A stretch of DNA of 64,000 nt from Pristiophorus japonicus (taxonomy: Eukaryota), in assembly GCF_044704955.1 (NCBI RefSeq), contig NC_091982.1:167462001-167526000 (forward strand), read 5' to 3'. Shown here piece by piece: positions 37,741 to 50,524 of the stretch. The position numbers were made by a program, and so were the translations under genes. Position 1 is the first letter of the stretch, and every line of letters starts with the position of its first letter. The notes under the pieces were generated by a model. It was not told where the DNA came from. It saw only the letters and a program-made list of their open reading frames with translations, and did not search any database.

Positions 37741-38424
37741 CTGGAAAGCAAAAATAAAAGGCTTGTGATTCACTGCTTTAAGGAAAGAAAGTGAAAATCC
37801 TGCAGTAAATAAATTTAAGACCAGACTGATGCAATTAACATGTTTTAGTCCGCTGTCTGTAAGGGTCCTTTGTGAAAAACCAAATCCCAGTGAGCACGAG
37901 CCCACAGCACAAAATTGCCCTCCTTCAGTGCTAAACTGACAATCTCACAGACCGCAGGAGGGCTGGTGTGGCACAGCAACATATCACATTGCTGCAGTAG
38001 GAGGCTGAGGCACATTGCTGGAGTAGATTAGAGGGAGGTTTAATTGTGCCTTACCTGACTGCTTGATACTGGCATTGGGTGCCTGAAATCTGAAATAGTA
38101 TAATTTTCCAGTGCTAAATTTCCCTTACATTAATTGACACACAATTATTTTTAAAAATCTATTACTTTAATGAGCACTTGTGTAGATACCTAGGCTGCCT
38201 TGTTCTGTACTAAAAGCAGAATTTAAAAAGGAAATGTACATTGAACATCCTTATAATCTATCTGGTGATTCTTCTAAACCAATAAAGATATAAGACTTAA
38301 TAGACTGAGCATCAAAAAATGTATTATTGATATCTTGTTGACCAAAGTGCTGACCATTAATTAAAACATCCCAACTTGTATTGTGCTCAGCTTTAAATAA
38401 CAGCTTTTAACATTAATGTATGAC

Positions 38425-40660
38425 AGGGGATGGTAGGAAAGTGGTTATGTTACTGGACCAGTAATCCAGAGGCCTGGACAAATAATCCAGAGACACGAGT
38501 TCAAATCCCACCATGGCAGCTGGGGAATTTAAATTCAGTTAATTAGATCAATCTGAAATAAAAAGCTAATATCAATAATGTTGGCTATGGAACTATCGGA
38601 TTGGCATAAATTCCCATCAGGTTCATTAATATCCTTTTAAGAATGAAATCTGCCATCCTTACCTGATCTGACCTACATGTGACAGCAATGTGGTTGTCTT
38701 TATACTGCACACTGAAATGGCCACTCAGTTGTAAATAAATGCTACAAAAATCAGTAAAACCAGATGGATCATCCAGCATCGACCTTGGAACTAACGACAG
38801 ACACAACAATGGCCCACCCATTCAGTCGATCCTGCAAAGTCCTCCTCACAAATATCTGGGGAGTTGTGCCAAATTTGGGAGAGCTGTCCCACAGACTAGT
38901 TAAGCAACAGCTTGACATAGTCATACTCATAGAATCATAATTTTCAGCTAATGACCTTAACTCCTCCATCACTATCCCACCAGCAGGACAGACCTACCAG
39001 CGGTTGTGGCACTGTGCTATACAGTCGGGAGGGAGTGACCCTGGGAGTCCTCAATATTGACTCAGGACCCCATGAAGTTTCATGGCTTCAGGTCAAGCAT
39101 GGGCAAGGAAACTTCCTGCTGATTACCACCAACCACTCTCCCTCAGTTGATGAAGCAGTACTCCATGTTGAACACCACTTGGAAGAAGCACTGAGTATAG
39201 CAAAGGCACAGAATGTGCTCTGGGTGGGGGAATTCAATGTCCATCACCAAGAGTGGTTCGTTAACACCACTACTGACTGAGCCCTGAAGGACATATCTGC
39301 CAGACAGGGCCTGCGACAGGTGGTGAGAAAACCAACACAAAGGAAAAACCTACTTACCTCGTGCTCACCAATGTCCATGTCGCTGATGCATCTGTCCATG
39401 ACAGCATGGCTAGCAGTGACCACTGGACAGTCATTGTGGAGACAAAATCCTGTCTTTACACGGATGACACTCTCCATTGTGTTGTGTGACAATACCACCA
39501 TGCTAAATGGGATAGATTCAGAACAGATCTAACAGCTCAAAACTGGGCATCCATGAGGCACTGTGGGCCATCAGCAGCAGTAGAATTGTATTCCACAACA
39601 ATCTGTAACCTCATGGCCCGGCAAATCCCTCACTCTACCATTATCATCAAGCCAGTGAACCAACCCTGGTTCAAAGAGAATATGCCAGGAGCAGCACCAG
39701 GCATAGCTAAAAATGAGGTGCCAATTTGGGGAAGCTGCAAGACAGGACTACATCATATAAAAAGCAGGAGTAGCATGCTATAAACAGAGCTAAACAATCC
39801 CACAATCAAATCAAAGCTCTGAAATCCTACCACATCCAATCGTGAATGGTGGTGGACAATTAAATAACGGAAGGAGGAGATTCTAATACTATCGCCATCT
39901 TCAATGGTGACGGAGCCCAGCACGTGATTGAAAAAGACAAGGCCGACGTGATTGCAACCATCTTCAGCCAGAAATTCCATGTGCATGATCCATATCGGCC
40001 TCCTCCTGAGGTCTCCACCATCACTGCAGCCAGTCTTGAGACATTGACTATCGCCAACAAGCAAAAGTCTAATCAACGGCATTACCATTACCAAATCCCC
40101 CACCATCAACATCCTGGGGGGGTCACCATTGATCAGAAACTTAACTGGACCAACCACATAAATACTGTGGCAACAAGAGCAAGTCGGAGGCGTGTTCCAA
40201 CAACACTCAAGAAGCTCAACACCATCCAGGACAAAGCAGCCCACTTGATTGGCAACCCATCCAACACCTTACAACACACTTTCTCCACCACCAGTGCACC
40301 GTGGCTGCAGTGTGTACAACATGCACTGCTGCAACTCGCCAAAGCTTCTTCGGCAGCACCTCCCAAACCTACGACCTCTACCACCAAGGACAAGGACAGC
40401 AGGTGCATGGGAACACCATGCCTACAGGTTGCCCTCTAAGTCACACACCATCCCGACTTGAAAATATATTGCCATTCCTTCATCGTTGATGGGTCAAATT
40501 CTTGGAACTCCCTCCCTAACAGCACTGTTGGAGTACGCTCACCACACGGACTGCAGTGGTTCAAGAAGCCAGCTCACCACGACCTTCTCAAGGGCAATTG
40601 GGGATGGGTGATAAATGCTGGCATTGCCAGTGACACCCACATCCCAAGAATGAATTTTAA
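38425..40660 (+). mobile_element. tRNA-headed LINE in intron 1 of copy 2 (paralog of 22160-26170)
   Basis: Same insertion site and both ends shared with the copy in unit A; different internal deletions. Confidence 0.85.
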
Positions 40661-41497
40661 AAATGACGGAGGTACAGGATGAGCACTGATCCCGACACCA
40701 TGCTGTTGATTCTATCTGTCATCGTAAGACAACAATTGCATATGTAGATAAACACATTAGAACATCTGAAGTTTTAGTGTTGGTTATGGTTGGCACATGT
40801 TCCATCAGTAGCGTCTTGCACTGGTCATTGGTGATCCCTCATGACAGCACTTGCTAAAGATTGCAATAATCCTTTCTGGTATGAGTAAAGACCAGTACTG
40901 GAACCACACAGACCAGTACCAGGCCGTCGATAAATTAATTAGTCTATAGGGAACGAAGGTGCAGTAAACCTCCAGTTCTATTCCAGTAGATAATTATGTT
41001 AATGTGGTTGTGGGTTTTGTTGGTTTAGAATCAGTGTGCTTCGAAATACACAACCTTGCTAACCATCTCCAGCCACCAATTTTATTTATATCATAATTGC
41101 TCTTCCAATAACATGAAATTGATTTGTGCTGTACACACTTTTATAATAAATACTTTATCCCCTTCAGCTAGTTTTTTTCCCCATGGTTTAGGTAATTGTT
41201 CAATCGAAAGAAATGAAACCGCTGAGGAACATAAAGGATTGGAATATATTCTGTAACTTTTGGATAATATATGTCTTGCTAGTTCGCAAAAAAACTATTG
41301 AAGTTTGCTCGTATGTTCAATACAGTCCTGTAAATGACATTGTTACACGTACTGAAATCCACTCAGACAGAAAATCTGATAGATTCTACAGAATCTAAGA
41401 GTTGTTAGTCTTAAAATTTGCTTAAGTTACAAGGTTTCTTAAAATCAGACAGTAAACTGAAATAAGCAATAAAGAGATACAATGGGATCTCACTCAC

Positions 41498-41558
41498 CTG
41501 CTAACACAACCAAAGTGAAGACACTGAGGCCAATCAGTACTACAAGAAATTGCTTCAT
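41498..41558 (-). CDS. CC chemokine copy 2, exon 1 (signal peptide)
   Basis: MKQFLVVLIGLSVFTLVVLA plus G, then donor gtgagt; one synonymous difference from copy 1. Confidence 0.92.
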
Positions 41559-41619
41559 TTTCTCGAAAAAGATTTCCTCGCTGGTGGGACTGATCCAAAA
41601 ATCTAAACTTTCTCTGAAT

Positions 41620-41840
41620 CGCAGCTTGTATATATATATCCTCTCAGATGGTCAGCTTCCTCTCTAAATTCCGTGAAGGGCGGTGGTGATGGGGAGGTGG
41701 GTTTACTGTGCCCATGTGGAAAATCTGATAAGGTAACCATATTAGTACACCCTGCCTGCTCATATTTAGCTGTTTCCTTTACATTTCTGTTTGCATGAAC
41801 CAACTATTCACGGAAGGCAGAGGCTTGGTGGCCAATGACT
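41620..41840 (-). promoter_or_regulatory. Proximal promoter of chemokine copy 2
   Basis: TATA repeat ~41628-41639, GAS TTCCGTGAA 41669-41677 next to GGGCGG, one TGATAA, GAS TTCACGGAA 41807-41815, CCAAT 41832-41836. Motif matches only. Confidence 0.55.
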
Positions 41841-43014
41841 GAACAGCATTTATTTCTCACAAACTTCAGGTTGTTTTAGTTTTGATTGATGGCCAAATCT
41901 CTTTTAACGTATTCAGAAAAGTTGTTTCTTCCCGCTTGGTTTGATTTCTTAATTTTCTGCAGCTTATCTTCTCAGTATATCTCATTAGCATATCTCTGCT
42001 CCTTATCTAAACCACACAACTGCCTGCAAAGAGCTACAGAGAACAAATTGACAACGCTTCCATACTCAGTGTAAAAGTATGAGCATCAGGTTAGAAAATA
42101 TATTTAGTTCTTGTAGCAAGGTCAACTGAGGTGTAGAAGTTAGATGTCCACATTGACGGACTTTCATGTCATGCAGTGGAACCTCGTTTATCCTGTAGAA
42201 CCTATAAGGTTGCAGATAATTGAGGCTCCAGCTGACCCAACCTTGCCTGGCCTAAAGCTGCATCCAAGGTGGGTAAAAGATTTGTCCCGACACAAACCTA
42301 AGTTGAAGCCCAATGCAAAAATAAAAGACTAGACCTGGGTCCCTAAACCAACATGATTCATTGTTTCTGCCCAAAGTGGGTAGAAATTGCAGCAAAATGC
42401 AGGAAAAAGACCCAAAGTTATAGCCAAGAATTTAACAATCCCAACTTGATGCTGCAAATTCCACTCAGTGAGCAGACAATAAAGACTATAGATAATGATA
42501 TCTTTTTCTTTCATTCATTCGTCCTTTCTTTCTAACATTCCACATTCTAACCATTATATGGGTAAAGAATTTCCACATGAATTCTCTATTAGATTCATTA
42601 GTAACTATCTTATATTTATTCTCCAGAACTGTTTATTTCAAATTAAAATATAAATTCAATATGATTAAAAGTATTCAATTGATTGGACTAAGGAAGGATG
42701 GATACCTTCTCTAATTGTGTAGAGAGCTGTACACATGGAGTGTTGCAAAGTACAGGGGCTTTAAAAGATTGTTTTTTGTATACATTCTCTATTGTAAAGG
42801 GAACCATGGGCAGTGTGGTAGATAATGAGGGCCTTATGCTATGGAACTAGCTGTGTTGCTTTTTGAACACTGCATCCATTGGCAATATGAGCTGACCATG
42901 TGCCATAATGAGAGGTCAGTTCCTTTATACAATATCGCCGTGCTCCTGGTATACAGCGCATGAAGCATAGGGGTAGGTATTAGTTTCTGGAGGTTTTGAA
43001 GTTCCAGTTTCAAT

Positions 43015-44304
43015 GGCGAGAGTTTTAACATTGAAGAGATCATGGGTTTTGGTGCAGTTGGGGTGTTTATTTCACCGAAAAAATCAACGTGTCCTGAAGC
43101 CGGCTCCAATCCTGCCGACTTCCGGGATTAACACAGGCACGTTCAACTGGTTACGTAACCCACTCAGGGGAGATGGGATACCAATTTATATATTCAAATT
43201 GCTCCAGTTTCCTGTTATTTTAAACTCCTTAGAAATTTAATGGCACATCCACGGGTTTCCCGGGCTTTCTAAAATTCGCCATTGCATCCCTGGCGAGAAC
43301 ACATAGCAAATTCACGGGGCTCATTAAAATTCAGGTAAATACTGCACTCAATACTCAGTGCTTACAGTCACTATCTTACCTACCCTTAGGAAAGGGGTTG
43401 GTCACTGTACTTGTGGAGAGAGGTTAGTTTCTACATGTTGGACACTTGAGACTCAGGTCAGGATGTGTGGTGCTGTGGCTGCCTTAGATTGGACATTGGA
43501 GGAGGATGACGATGAGCATCAGGAGGAGCAGCAGCCTGCTGTTGAGAGAGCTGCAGGTGTTGGGCAGAGAGGGGAGCAGCGCAGGGGTGGAACTTGCAGG
43601 AGGGACTACCCTTGTAACTGTGTACAGCCAGAGGCTGAGCTCCCTTGACCTGTGGGAAGAGCAGTGCCTCCGAAGGCCGAGGTTATCATGTCAGGTGGTA
43701 GCAAAAACCTGCAGCCTCCTAGAAGAAGACCTGCTCACTGACGGACCTGGTGTCCACACATTACCAGTGGTTGGCAAGGTCGGAGGGCAGTGGAGTAGGT
43801 CACGGAGGTTGGGAAGATGATTTCTGGAGTCTGCGGCGAAGATTGGGTGGGGCCCGTGGAGAAGGACATGGGGAGGAGGTCGCGGGCTGTGGAGGACATC
43901 GGGAAGGCACTGCATCGCAGAGAGGGTTGGTGTTCAATTAGCGGGGAGGTTAACAGGGTAGATTGGGAGACCAGAGGGAATCAACTGCTCCTCCTGGACA
44001 ACAAGCAGTGCTGGAAAGGCACTTTGCTGTTCCATCTAGTAGTTCTCCAGTCTCTTCAGCTGTAGGGTTTCCAGAGGCCCGGGAAACCTGGCCGGTATGA
44101 AAGCTGGAACAGCAATAAAATCTGAGTCACGCAGTCTAATTAAAATATTTCAATGAGGGAGCCTGAAAGTGGATTGGTCGCCCACCCCATGCCCCATCTC
44201 TGTCAAAACTAGGTGTAGGCAGTTTCAGTTCCAATTTGAAATTGTTTGAATTGAGCTTCCAACCCGACTCAAACCTGCCCACTTCAGGGGTTAAAATTAT
44301 TCCC
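43015..44304 (+). mobile_element. Degenerate Harbinger-derived element (paralog of 28620-29825)
   Basis: ORF 43506-43820 EEQCLRRPRLSCQVVAKTCSLLEEDLL...TLPVVGKV; same termini as the unit A copy. Confidence 0.65.
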
Positions 44305-44589
44305 TGCATCACTCAGTTTAGCAGTTGGTGTAGAGACTTAAGGGAGGATTTTAACTCCCTCCGCTTAGCAGTAATAAACCGCTACAAAAACAATATGAAG
44401 TGATTATCTGCACGAATATTGTCGTGTCCTTCTGTGCATGTGTGGTCGGACCCATACCTTTCTGCGCATGGGCACTGGTGCCGAAGTCAGGCCGCGCGCA
44501 TTTTCAGTACCCCCACAGTGCAGAGCACCATGGAGCCATGCTTTGTCCAGCTCCGTGGATCAAGGCCCCGGAGTAGCTTGGATCGAAAG

Positions 44590-44740
44590 GGGAGAGACGG
44601 GGGAGGTCGGAGGGAGAGAAAGCGAAGAGGGAAAATTGGAGGGAAAGAAAGAGACGGTGGAGAGAGAGAGAGAGCGAGACGGGAAATGGGGGAGAGAGGG
44701 GATTGGAGGGAGAGAGAGAGAGATAGAGAGAAAAGAAAGA
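44590..44740. repeat. GA-rich low-complexity tract
   Basis: Purine-rich (GA)n runs, followed by a short DeuSINE tail at ~44740-44825. Confidence 0.8.
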
Positions 44741-45189
44741 CTTGGATTTATATAGTGCCTTTCACCACCACCAGACATCTCAAGGTACTTTACAGGTAAT
44801 TAAGTACTTTTGGAGTGTATTCACTGAGAGAGGGGAGAGAGAGTGGGACATGGATATAGAGAGAGAAAGCAGGAGAGCGTGAGGGGTGAGTGGGGTCAGG
44901 AACTTGTGTGGTGGTGGGAGATCATGAACTTGTGCTGCGGGGGGCAAAGAAGGTCAGGAACCATGCGATGAGGGATGAGGACAGGAACTTCTTTCGGGGA
45001 TGATTGAAGGTCTTAACCTATGAGAGTCAGCCCTGTCTGTTCCAAGTGAACTCTGTTATGTCTGGAGTCGGCAGTCAGAATGGCGCTTACATGTTGCAAA
45101 GAGAAACTGCAGGGTGTGTTTTATCCTCCAGAGGGACCAATCAGCAATCAGGACGAACCAGAGATTTAGGTTTTACAAATAAACATGTC

Positions 45190-45662
45190 CAAAACAATAA
45201 GAATAAAACCAGACGGACTTCGGCACCGGCTTCGGACACGACAAAGGAACACCCAGCCCAGTCAACCCTGAAACGTCCTCCTCACTAACATCTGGGGACT
45301 TGTGCCAAAATTCAGAGAGCTGTCACACAGACTTCTCTAGCAACAGCCTGACAATCATACTCACAAAATCATACCTTAAAGCCAAAGTCCCAAACTTGTC
45401 CATCACCCACAAGCAGGACAGACCCACCCAAGGTGGTGGCACAGTGCTATACAGTCGGGAGGGAATGGCCCTGGGAGTCCTCAACATTGGATCTGGACTC
45501 CATGAAGTCTTATGGCTTCAGATCAAGCATGGGCAAACCTCCTGCTGATTATCACACACCAGCTTCCCTCAGTTAATGAATCAGTACTCTTCCATGTTGA
45601 ACGCCACTTGGAAGAAGCACTGATAGTAACGAGGGCACAGAATGTACTCTGGGTGGAGACTT
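45190..45662 (+). mobile_element. Fragment of tRNA-headed LINE (paralog of ~30275-30733)
   Basis: Colinear APE-region sequence; joins CR1 through a shared GACTT at 45658-45662. Confidence 0.8.
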
Positions 45663-45859
45663 AGATGAAGGGACCGAGTGTAATGTATCCAAGTTTGCTG
45701 AGGATACAAAGCTAGGTGGGATTGTAAACTGTGAGGAGGACACAAAGAGCCTGCAAGGGGATATAGATAGGTTAAGGTAATGGGCAGTAAAGAAAGTCTT
45801 GAAATTCTTGCATTTATATAGCGCCTTTCATGACCACCGGATGTCTCAAAGTGGGGAAA

Positions 45860-46160
45860 GAAAAGGTGAGATAGGAGAGAAGCGGCGGGGCGAGGAGAGA
45901 GAGAGAGAGCTGAGCTGCAAGCTGCTGAGCCTCGAGTCCCCTGCTGAGTGGCGGCAACGGCAGGGGGAGAGCAGTGGCGGCGGGCGGGCGGCCGGGGGAG
46001 AGAGAGAGAGAGAGAGCCGGGTGGGGGGGCGCGGGAGAGGAAAGAGAGAGATAGCCTGGGTGGGGGGGCAGGAATGGAAGAAAAAGAGAGAGAGAGCCTA
46101 GGGGAGGGAGAGAGAGGGAGACATGGGATGGGAGAGGGGGAGAGAGAGAGAGAGACATGG
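45860..46160. repeat. GA/G-rich low-complexity tract
   Basis: (GA)n and G runs; source of the spurious Arg/Glu/Gly and Ser/Leu/Pro ORFs. Confidence 0.8.
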
Positions 46161-47214
46161 AAGGGCGGGGATGGATCGGAGGGTAGAGAGGTTCTTCCAA
46201 CCCCCTTTACATCCACATGATTTCTTGGAAAGCTCGGTGCGTGTGCTACAAGGGACATCGTTGGAGTGGATGAGATCCAGAAGTCACGCCACTATTCACT
46301 TCATACCCAATAAACCTGTTAACAATCTGCACACAATGCCCCATCTATGGTGGGGGCGGGGTGGGGTGAGGGGAGGAGGTAAGGGCATCTGCGCTGGGGA
46401 AAGGGACTTTGGCTGGAACTTGGCTTTTGGGGAGATCTACCCTCTGTGGCTTCTGAAGTCAAAATGGATCGAATTACAAATTGGAAATTCACTCAGAACT
46501 TGGGCTGGGTGGTTCCAGTTACACATTCCAGAGGAATTTCAGGGTGTAGCTTATCCTCCAATCAGCAATAGGTCAAATGATATTGGAGAGCCAGAGACAA
46601 GGCAACCATTTTGGCAGTACAAATAGATGCATCCAATAGAAAAACAGAATATTTTTAAAATGGTGAGAAACTATTAAATGTTGGTGTTCAAAGAGATTGA
46701 GGTGTCCTCGTACAGGAAACACAGAACGTTAGCATGCTGTTACAGCAAGCAATTCGGAAGACAAATGGCATGTTGGTCTTCATTGCAATGGGGTTGGAGT
46801 ATAAGCATAATGTAGTCTTGCTACAAGTGTACAGAGCTTTGGTGAGAACACAGCACAGTTTTGTTCTCCTTATAGGCTGTGCATCGAGGATTCACGAGCT
46901 TGATTCCTGGGATTACACGGTTGTCTTAAGAGGAGAGATTGACTAGATTGGGCCTATACTCTTGGAGTTTAGCAGAATGAGAGGTGATCTCATTGAAACA
47001 TATAAGATGCTGAGGGGCATTGATAGGGTAGATGCTGAGAGGTTGTTTTCACTGGCTAGAGAATCAATAACTAGGGGAACAGTCTCACGGGAAGGGATTG
47101 GTCATTTAAGACTGAGAAATGTCTTCACTCAGAGGATTGTGCATTTTTGGAATTCTCTACCCCAATCGTTGAGTATATTCAAGGCTCAGGTAGATAGATT
47201 TTTGGACTCAAAGA

Positions 47215-47515
47215 CAGAGAGACAGAGAGACGGATTTATATAGCGCCTTTCACAACCACAAAGCACTTTACAGCCAATGAAGTATTTTTGGAGTGCCATC
47301 ACTGTTATAATGTAGGAAACACAGCAGCCAATTTGCGCACAAGCAAGCTGCCACAAACAACAACATGATAATGACCAAATAATCTGTTTTTTTGATTGAG
47401 GGATTATTATTGGCCAGGACACCGAGGATAACTCCCCTGCTCTTGTTTGAAATAGTGCCATGGGATATTTTACGTATACTTGAGAGAGAAGACGGGGCCT
47501 CGATTTAAGGTTCCA
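47215..47515 (-). mobile_element. DeuSINE fragment (paralog of 16034-16305)
   Basis: Same position within the CR1 3' end as in unit A, without the MITE. Confidence 0.8.
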
Positions 47516-49091
47516 TCTCATTACTCTTATGAATCAAGGGATATGTGATCGGGCGGAAAAGCGGAGTTGAGGTCGAAGATAGGCCATGATCTTATTGAAT
47601 ATCAGGCTCGTTTCTTGTGTTCTTATTTTCTTATGATGAGCAGAAATTCCATCATTGGACAAATCCAAGGCATGAGATTTTCAGCTGGATAATTTGGGCC
47701 AAAATAAAGCTGAAAGTAGAGTTGGAGAGTGTCATTCCTATACTCTCTTGCCTTATTTCTCTGTCTGTCTCACTTTTTAATCTTTTCCCTTGGCTTTCTC
47801 GTATTCATTTTTCCTCCATGTGTCTTTCTCCCTAATTGTTAACCGGACTGTGGAATTTGCAAGTGTCTCCATAACGTTCTCTTTCTTCCTCTCACTCTCC
47901 AACAAGAGAAATGCTTGGGAGTTACCATTACGGTCCACAGATGCACGAGGGTGCAGGACTACAATCTCATGCTGAGACTCCTGCCGATTGTGGGAGAGGT
48001 GTTGGATCGGAAAAGATCAGCATGATTCAACTTTCCCCTATTGTACAGCAAAGAGCACATCAGGCCCTACTGAACACGTTTTGTGACTCAATTAGTGTTG
48101 TGGCAGGAAGCCGGCCACTGTTAGCGTGAATAAAAGCTCCACAGCATCATTTGACACCTACAGGAATCAATCCAGCCTCAAGCTCGCAACCTCAGCCCAC
48201 ACTCTCAACAAAGCTTTTTCCCCGCTTTGCACCCAGCTTTGTTTGTGTTTGCTCACTTTTTCACCCTCGTTTTGCAGAGTCAATCAACTCCATTTATGGT
48301 TGTTAGGAAACTACTGTGACAGACTGGGGTGGAATTCCTGTGGGGGGTGGGGGAGTTGGTCGGGCATTCTCCTTTTTCATTTTCTTTCTCCCATTCCCTT
48401 TTCCTGTATGTCTTTCCCTCCTCATTGCCCACCAGTATCTTCAGCGGAAGATTAGCAGAAACCCTGGAGAAATGGCATCATTGGCCATTGATGCTGTTTG
48501 TCTGTGTTCCCACCGATGTCCCACGTGATCGGGAGAATTCCCCCCAAAATCGCAGCCAAATGTGTTTAAAATTTTAAACGCAATACAATGTTTATTATTC
48601 TTACATGTAACATAGTATAATTGAGATCTCAATTATCAATGAATTTCACATTTTTTCGATTAACGAACTTTTTCAATTTTCTCTAATAATTTGCCGATTT
48701 TCTCAACTATGAGGCCAACTTTTCTTCATATGATACACTTTTTCAGTAGTGGGCTGCTGAGAAATGTCAGAAGTTGGAACCTTGACTGATTTTGTTTATG
48801 ACTTCCTAGTCTGAGGCCAATGTCAGTACCCAACTGCCCCCACAAGTGTGTACGTCTAATCCAGATTAAGAAAAATAAATTCTGGTATTTGAAAACAAAC
48901 TTTTCAATACTTGAAATAAAAAGAAGAAATTGCAACTCTTACACATCCTCCACCACTGTTCACCTTTTCACTGAAGTTTGATGAGGCGTTCATCCATTAT
49001 CGCACTTCCTGCCTCACACCAATTTATTTTAGTTTAGTTCTATTAGTTTGCTTTGCATTCCAGCTGATAAAGGGATGATCCTTAAAACATC

Positions 49092-49610
49092 GGGCTGGAT
49101 TTTCAGCAAATTTGCACTCCGGGTTTCGCCCTGGAGCGGCAAGAATGGAGCGGCATGGTCTTCTGCGTCCCGTCATGATCCTCCAGTCCTGTTTTGCGGC
49201 GGCACTTAGAAGCACCGCCGGGAAGAACTGCGCCGGGAGTGCAACGGCTCTCGTGACACCGGCAGGAGTTTTGACTCGTTCCAGACCCATATGCCCCGAA
49301 ACGCACCCCGCGATGACCGCCAGGGAAAACACAGCGGTCCAGTCCTGCCGGCGGCGGTGAGGTAGATAACCTGCAAAAAAGGTAAGTCCCAGTATTTATT
49401 ATTTCATTTTTTTGGAGTAATATGTGTTGTGGGAATGTTTGTGGGATTTTGTGTTTTTTTCCCCCTCCCAAGGCCTCTCTCAGCCCCGCACTTTAGTTGG
49501 CAAGATTCCCATTTTTGCGCCGCGAAAGTTGTACAATATCTCCCTTTGCGCTGCGCCCCAGATGCCAGGTGGCAAAAATTTCTCCACACAGCGCAGACGT
49601 TACTCACAAG
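49092..49610. mobile_element. Left part of a GC-rich Harbinger-like non-autonomous element
   Basis: Begins gggctggattttc (TIR-like); internal segment aacctgcaaa...gtaagtcc resembles the MITE at 10670-11228; right TIR not found. Confidence 0.55.
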
Positions 49611-50524
49611 AACATAATAGGAGCAGGAGTAAGCCATTTAGCCCCTCGAGCCTGCTCCACCCTTTAATAAGATCATGGCTGATCTGATCATGGGCTCAGC
49701 TCCACTTCCCTGCCCGCTCTCCATAACCCTCATTGCTCAAAAAAAACTGTCTAACTCCACCTTAAACATATTCAATGACCCAGCCTCCACAGCTCTCTGA
49801 GGCAGACAATTCCACAGATTTACAACCCTCAGAAGAAATTCCTCCTCATCAGTTTTAAATGGCCGGGCTCCTTATTCTGAGACCATGTCCCCTCGTTTTA
49901 GTTTCCCCTGTGTGGAAACATCCTCTCTGCATCCACTTTGTTGAGCTCCCTCATTATCTTATATAAGATCATCTCTCATTGTTCTGAACTCCAATGAGTA
50001 TAAGCCCATCCTATCTTCGTAAGTCAACCCCCTCATCTCCAGAATCAACTTAGTGAACTTTATCTGAACAGCCTCCAATGCAAGTATATCCTTCCTGAAC
50101 TACTGACACCAAGGACTAGACTTTGCATTGGTGTCCAGATTGTCCAAAAATGGGCAATATTTCCGGCGTTAGTGATTATATATTTTTTCGTCATCGCCGG
50201 AATATCGCCCGCTAGTTTCCATTTTTTAATTTGGGTGTTAGTCGTAGCGATGTTAAATTGGGCATAGCGATTTATTCCATCGTGCAAGGCCGGTTTCCAC
50301 AGCAACAGTCTTTTCCCATGTTTCAGGAGGTCAGGGGTCATCTGCACATGCGCAGAAAAGAGTGAGAGAGAAGGAAAGAGAATGAGAGAGGAGGAAGCTT
50401 GGAGAGTATTGTTGGTGTGTTAGTGGTATTGGTATTATTGCAAATTTTATTTGAAAAATGGAGAATTTAGAATTATTTGAGGTGGTAAATCTGAGTGAAG
50501 GAGGAAGTGGCCGAAGTGGGCGAG

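Larger units (their letters stand above)
31149..45657. repeat. Tandem segmental duplication unit B (contains chemokine copy 2)
   Basis: Colinear with unit A; lacks several A-specific insertions. Confidence 0.9.
45658..49091. repeat. Partial third duplication unit C (no chemokine exons within the window)
   Basis: 45658-45850 matches ~12147-12340; 46635-47515 matches ~14800-16305; 47620-49091 matches ~16370-17775; similarity stops abruptly at the element starting at 49092. Confidence 0.88.

Noticed and set aside
45581-46626. Long Ser/Leu/Pro- and Arg/Glu/Gly-rich ORFs
   Set aside because: Artefacts of GA-rich low-complexity sequence.
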